A stretch of 64,000 bases of DNA, from NCBI GenBank assembly GCA_029881495.1, contig JAOUMJ010000013.1, positions 3,954-67,953 on the forward strand, written 5' to 3'. The position numbers and the translations under genes are program-made. Below, piece by piece: positions 60,108 through 64,000 of this stretch. The notes beneath the pieces are model-generated. The model worked only from the letters and a program-made list of their open reading frames with translations. It ran no database searches and was not told where the DNA came from. This stretch comes from Nitrospinota bacterium. Lineage in GTDB: Bacteria; Nitrospinota_A; UBA7883; JACRGQ01. How positions within the stretch are numbered: position 1 is the first letter of the stretch; each line of letters begins with the position of its first letter.

Positions 60108-60509
60108 CTAGCTGATTATCCGGTTGTATTCGGCGTAAATGCTGTTTTCCTCGTTATGTATCCGGTACAAAAGCGTCTTGAATAGCTCCTTGAAATCATC
60201 AATATACTGTTCATCCGAAATGTTGTTCTCGCATTTTTCAAAGAATCTGGTTGCCATGCCGGCCACGTCATCTATTTCGGCAGCCGATTCGGATATCAAG
60301 GTTTTCAGCTTTTCATCATTCACGGATGCCTTTTTAAGAACCGGGTACAGGTAAGTATCTTCATTCTGAAGATGTTCAAGGAGCACTGATTTTGCTTCCA
60401 GAAGTTTTTTTCTTGCTTCCCTGGATGTAATACCAAGAGACCTTGCGCTGGACAAGGTCTGGATAATCATCTCGTGTTCCTTTTCCAGTTTTTCAATCCG
60501 CTTAAACAT
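60108..60509 (-). CDS. Hemerythrin-like (HHE) domain protein
   Basis: L..EH, HL..ED..LYP.L, RI..EE..IY; all-helical. Confidence 0.8.
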   Translation of the reverse strand: MFKRIEKLEKEHEMIIQTLSSARSLGITSREARKKLLEAKSVLLEHLQNEDTYLYPVLKKASVNDEKLKTLISESAAEIDDVAGMATRFFEKCENNISDEQYIDDFKELFKTLLYRIHNEENSIYAEYNRIIS

Positions 60510-60762
60510 CCTTTATCCCCCCAATCCCCTTTTACAGGTTCGTATAACGCGCGATGAATGATTTTCTCTGTGATTAATATTTTACCCGAAACAGGAATTG
60601 TCATGTGAAAAAATGCCGAAAGTCTTAAATTATCAGCATGATGTAGTTGGCATCTTCTATTTAAATTTTAAACTTTAATGTAACCTTGCGTTTGGTAGAA
60701 ATGATTATGGGTGAAAAGATATTAAAAAGACCAAGTGTAAGTATGAGCTTCACCCCCAACCG

Positions 60763-61431
60763 TCATTCAGCATAATCTTCCGTTCTGTGGCGTATAAGTT
60801 CCCCCTCGACCATGAATACGACATCCTCGGCAATGTTCGTGCTTAGATCGGCAATTCTTTCAAGATGCCTTGAGGTTGACAGGAGGTGCACTGCCCGTTC
60901 TATTGAATCCGAATTTTCCTTCATCTCTTTTTGAAGCACTACGTACATTTCGCGGTTGATGTCATCCACTTCGTCATCCATCGAAAGCACCTTTCTCGCC
61001 TGTCTCGTATCCATGTTTATAAGCGAGTTCAAGCTCTCCTTGACCATTCGTTGAACACATTCAACCATGCGCGGAAAATCAAGCTCCAATCCGAGACTCT
61101 TTATGGAAGAGAGATACGACGCCCGTTCGGCGATATTTACCGCAAGGTCGCCCATCCGTTCAAGATCGCTGTTCACTTTCAAAATGGTAATGATGAAACG
61201 AAGATCCGCAGCTACCGGCTGGTGGAGAGCGAGTATTTTCAGGCACTCCTCTTCAATAGCGACCTCTTTTTCGTCGATGGCGTCGTCGCCGTTTATCACT
61301 TCCTCGGAAAGGTCGATTCTTCTGTCCACAAGGGCGATGATCGCCTTGTTGATGGTGCTGGACACCATCGAGCCAAGGATCAGCGTATCTTTTTTCAGGT
61401 TGTCCAGATCCCTTTGCAAATGTCTCGGCAT
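60763..61431 (-). CDS. phoU: Phosphate signalling/transport regulator PhoU
   Basis: QPVAADLR, DLERMGD...NIA, LERIAD..TNIAE.V. Confidence 0.96.
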   Translation of the reverse strand: MPRHLQRDLDNLKKDTLILGSMVSSTINKAIIALVDRRIDLSEEVINGDDAIDEKEVAIEEECLKILALHQPVAADLRFIITILKVNSDLERMGDLAVNIAERASYLSSIKSLGLELDFPRMVECVQRMVKESLNSLINMDTRQARKVLSMDDEVDDINREMYVVLQKEMKENSDSIERAVHLLSTSRHLERIADLSTNIAEDVVFMVEGELIRHRTEDYAE

Positions 61432-61440
61432 ATATCTCTC

Positions 61441-62241
61441 CTAGCCAAATCGTCCGGTTACATAATCTTCTGTTCTTTTGTTTTTCGGCCTGGTAAATAC
61501 CTTGACCGTGTTGTCGAATTCGACAAGTGTTCCGTTTTCCATGAAAGCGGTGTAGTCGGATATTCGGGATGCCTGCTGCATATTGTGCGTTACAATGACT
61601 ATCGTATAGCGTTTCTTTAATTCAAACATAAGATCTTCGATCTTGGCGGTAGACACGGGATCAAGCGCAGAACAAGGCTCGTCCATCAATATGATCTCCG
61701 GCTCCATCGCAAGGGCCCTTGCTATACACAAACGCTGTTGTTGTCCGCCTGAAAGATTAAGCGCGGAGGTGTAAAGGCGTTCTTCCTTTATCTCCTCCCA
61801 GAGTGCCGCTTTCTCCAGCGATTTTTCGACAAGTTCGTTCAGGTCGGTTTTAATCCCGTTTATCGAGGGACCCCAAGAAATATTCTCGTAAATCGTTTTC
61901 GGGAAGGGATTGGGTTTCTGAAAAACCATCCCTATGGATCGGCGGATATCTACCGGATCGATATCTTTCGAATAAATATCTACATCCCCAAAATATATAT
62001 TTCCCATCATCGATGCATTTGGAATGAAATCGTTCATTCTGTTAAAGGCTCGAAGCAGTGTGCTTTTGCCACAGCCGGACGGGCCGATTATAGAAGTAAT
62101 ACGATTTTTATGTATGGAAAGAGAGACGTCTTTCACCGCCTGATTCGCGCCATAGCATATAGTTACGTTCTTTGCGGTAAGGACAGGTTTTTCCATCTGG
62201 ACGTTGGCGGTCGTTGATTGTTGCATCGTCTTGAGTGTCAT
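61441..62241 (-). CDS. pstB: Phosphate ABC transporter ATP-binding protein
   Basis: [48 protein letters not shown]. Confidence 0.97.
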   Translation of the reverse strand: MTLKTMQQSTTANVQMEKPVLTAKNVTICYGANQAVKDVSLSIHKNRITSIIGPSGCGKSTLLRAFNRMNDFIPNASMMGNIYFGDVDIYSKDIDPVDIRRSIGMVFQKPNPFPKTIYENISWGPSINGIKTDLNELVEKSLEKAALWEEIKEERLYTSALNLSGGQQQRLCIARALAMEPEIILMDEPCSALDPVSTAKIEDLMFELKKRYTIVIVTHNMQQASRISDYTAFMENGTLVEFDNTVKVFTRPKNKRTEDYVTGRFG

Positions 62242-63098
62242 TTATGCTTCCTTTCAGCACTCTCCCTTATATATACGGCAAGAGAGTTCATAGCAAAGAG
62301 AACAGCCAGTAGCACGATTATTGCCCCGGCAGCGAGCTGATGGAACTCCTCCTGGGGGCGCGAAGCCCAGTTGAATATCTGTATCGGTAGAGCGGTAAAG
62401 GAGTCCATCGGCCCCTCGGGAACGAAAGCAACATAGGCAAGGGCTCCTATCATCACCAGCGGCGCCGTTTCCCCCAGCGCGCGGGAGAAGGCTAGAATAA
62501 TTCCTGTAAGGATACCTGGCATGGCGGCAGGTATCACATGAGACTTTACAGTCTGCCATTTCGTGGCGCCCAGCGCGTATGCCGCATGGCGTATGGAACC
62601 TGGCACCGCGCGGATAGCTTCCCTGGAAGCGATGATAATCACAGGGAGGATAAGGAGTGACATGGTGAGGCTTCCAGAGAGTACGCTCCTGTCGAATCCG
62701 CAAAAGCGGACGAACATTGTAAGACCGAGAATTCCGTAAACGATAGAGGGAACACCTGCGAGATTCGAGATATTGATATCGATAAAACTATTAACAGCCC
62801 CTTTTTGCGCGTACTCCTCCAGGTAGATTGCCGCGCCGACCCCAATAGGGATCGAAAAAAGGGCAGTAAGGGATATCAGCCATATGGTTCCCCAAAGCGC
62901 CGATTTTATACCAGCCTTTTCGGGAAATCGCGAAGGGAATGACTCAAGGAATTGAACGTCCACCCAGCGTAACCCTTCCCTGAAGATGTGAAAGAGAACT
63001 ATAACAAGGACTATAACACCCAGAGTGGTGACCGCTGCGCAGAAGATCTTGAATAATCGGGCGGTCATATGTCTGCGGGAGAGGTTGTCCTGTTTCAA
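62238..63098 (-). CDS. pstA: Phosphate ABC transporter permease PstA
   Basis: [36 protein letters not shown]; probable TTG start at 63098 overlapping the pstC stop, with GGAG RBS. Confidence 0.93.
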   Translation of the reverse strand: MKQDNLSRRHMTARLFKIFCAAVTTLGVIVLVIVLFHIFREGLRWVDVQFLESFPSRFPEKAGIKSALWGTIWLISLTALFSIPIGVGAAIYLEEYAQKGAVNSFIDINISNLAGVPSIVYGILGLTMFVRFCGFDRSVLSGSLTMSLLILPVIIIASREAIRAVPGSIRHAAYALGATKWQTVKSHVIPAAMPGILTGIILAFSRALGETAPLVMIGALAYVAFVPEGPMDSFTALPIQIFNWASRPQEEFHQLAAGAIIVLLAVLFAMNSLAVYIRESAERKHK

Positions 63099-63964
63099 TC
63101 GTACATCTCCTGGAACTTGCGGAGAATCCTGTTTGCGGCGACGTTCATGCAAAACGTTATTAGGAACAGCAGTGATGCGACAGCGAAGATGGTCTGGTAT
63201 TCCACCCCTCCCGCCGGCGTATCGCCAAGGCTTACCTGGACGATGTAGGCTGTCATCGTCTGTATACTCTCCATAAAACTTAAAGTGAGGTTGGGGGTCG
63301 CCCCGGCCGCCAGGGTAACTATCATGGTTTCTCCAATCGCGCGGGAGAGAGCGAGCACGAAAGAGGCCATGATGCCGGACAGGGCCGCAGGAACGATGAT
63401 TTTCGCGGTTACTTCGAAGTGGGTCGCCCCAAGCGCGTATCCGCCGTGACGGAGGGAATCGGGTACCGCCCGCATGGCATTGTCGCACAGCGAGGCGATC
63501 ATCGGGAGGATCATGATACCGACCACGATGGAAGCGCTCGCGGCGTTAAATACCTTCAGGTGCGGAATCACCGATGAGAGCATCGGAGTGATAAATGTCA
63601 AAGCGATATAGCCGTACACAACGGTAGGTATCCCCGCAAGCGTTTCAAGAACCGGCTTTACAGCGGAACGAGTTCTTTCCGAAGCGTATTCGCTGAGGTA
63701 GATGGCGGTAGCAAGTCCCGCAGGAAGGGCGATGACAGCCGATCCGAAAACGATAAGGAACGTACCGCTTACCAGCGGCAGTACTCCAAAGGAGCGCGGC
63801 TCCAGCAAAGGGGCCCATCTCACGCCAAAAAGAAATTCGGAAACATTCACATGTGTGAAAAATATCGACGTCTCCTTTACCAGCACGAAAATGATGGAGA
63901 TTGTGGTGACAACGGAAATCATGGCGCACAAAAAGAGTATGAAACGTATGGCATTTTCGCGCAA
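63095..63964 (-). CDS. pstC: Phosphate ABC transporter permease PstC
   Basis: AIYLSEYA, E.LAGIPTVVYG, SRAIGETMIV, TMTAYIVQ; TTG start after an AGGAGG RBS. Confidence 0.95.
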   Translation of the reverse strand: MRENAIRFILFLCAMISVVTTISIIFVLVKETSIFFTHVNVSEFLFGVRWAPLLEPRSFGVLPLVSGTFLIVFGSAVIALPAGLATAIYLSEYASERTRSAVKPVLETLAGIPTVVYGYIALTFITPMLSSVIPHLKVFNAASASIVVGIMILPMIASLCDNAMRAVPDSLRHGGYALGATHFEVTAKIIVPAALSGIMASFVLALSRAIGETMIVTLAAGATPNLTLSFMESIQTMTAYIVQVSLGDTPAGGVEYQTIFAVASLLFLITFCMNVAANRILRKFQEMYD

Positions 63965-64000
63965 TCTCCTCCTCGGCGCTGTAAACCAAACGGAGGGGGA

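Noticed and set aside
60931..61620. 229-aa plus-strand ORF
   Set aside because: Antisense shadow of phoU/pstB with no recognisable motif
62238..63488. 416-aa ORF implying an N-terminally extended PstA
   Set aside because: The first 130 codons overlap pstC in another frame; a TTG with RBS at 63098 gives a normal-length PstA
1..64000. CRISPR arrays, rRNA, IS elements, integrases, integron attC sites
   Set aside because: No regularly spaced repeats or diagnostic motifs seen by eye; short degenerate elements could have been missed

Overview
Bacterial chromosomal window from a flagellated Gram-negative organism; the taxon cannot be fixed from sequence alone. (1) 1-24462 is a co-directional, visibly AT-rich surface-polysaccharide cluster, truncated at the left edge. 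It has rfbF/rfbG CDP-sugar genes, a DegT aminotransferase, an epimerase, a Wzy-like polymerase, MBOAT plus SGNH proteins, glycosyltransferases, methyltransferases, two kinase-fold proteins, DUF362, a CapK-like ligase, a priming sugar transferase, an aldo-keto reductase, an orphan ThDP E1 alpha/beta pair and gmhB. It ends at the 3' end of a tRNA(CAT). (2) 24.7-40.6 kb is mostly core genes: ubiX, phnP-like, a second gmhB, rng, tatA/tatB, trxA, a flgG-like gene and flagellin/flaG behind back-to-back sigma28-like promoters, AsmA-like, SPOR, lepA-lepB and rsmA. (3) 40.6-64 kb is mixed: a beta-propeller lipoprotein, two O-antigen-ligase-family proteins, radical SAM/SPASM, an RRM protein, a phage-free holin-like plus SH3 peptidoglycan-hydrolase pair, pirin, nhaA-comFB, cupin, PAS-GGDEF-EAL, rlmI-like, ndh, hemerythrin-like and pstC-pstA-pstB-phoU. 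I saw no CRISPR array, rRNA, integrase or transposase. The best candidates for something new are the orphan holin/hydrolase cassette, the sigma28-driven rod-like protein, the CDP-linked amino/branched-sugar pathway and the nhaA-comFB c-di-nucleotide link. All family calls come from motif recognition by eye, not from database searches.
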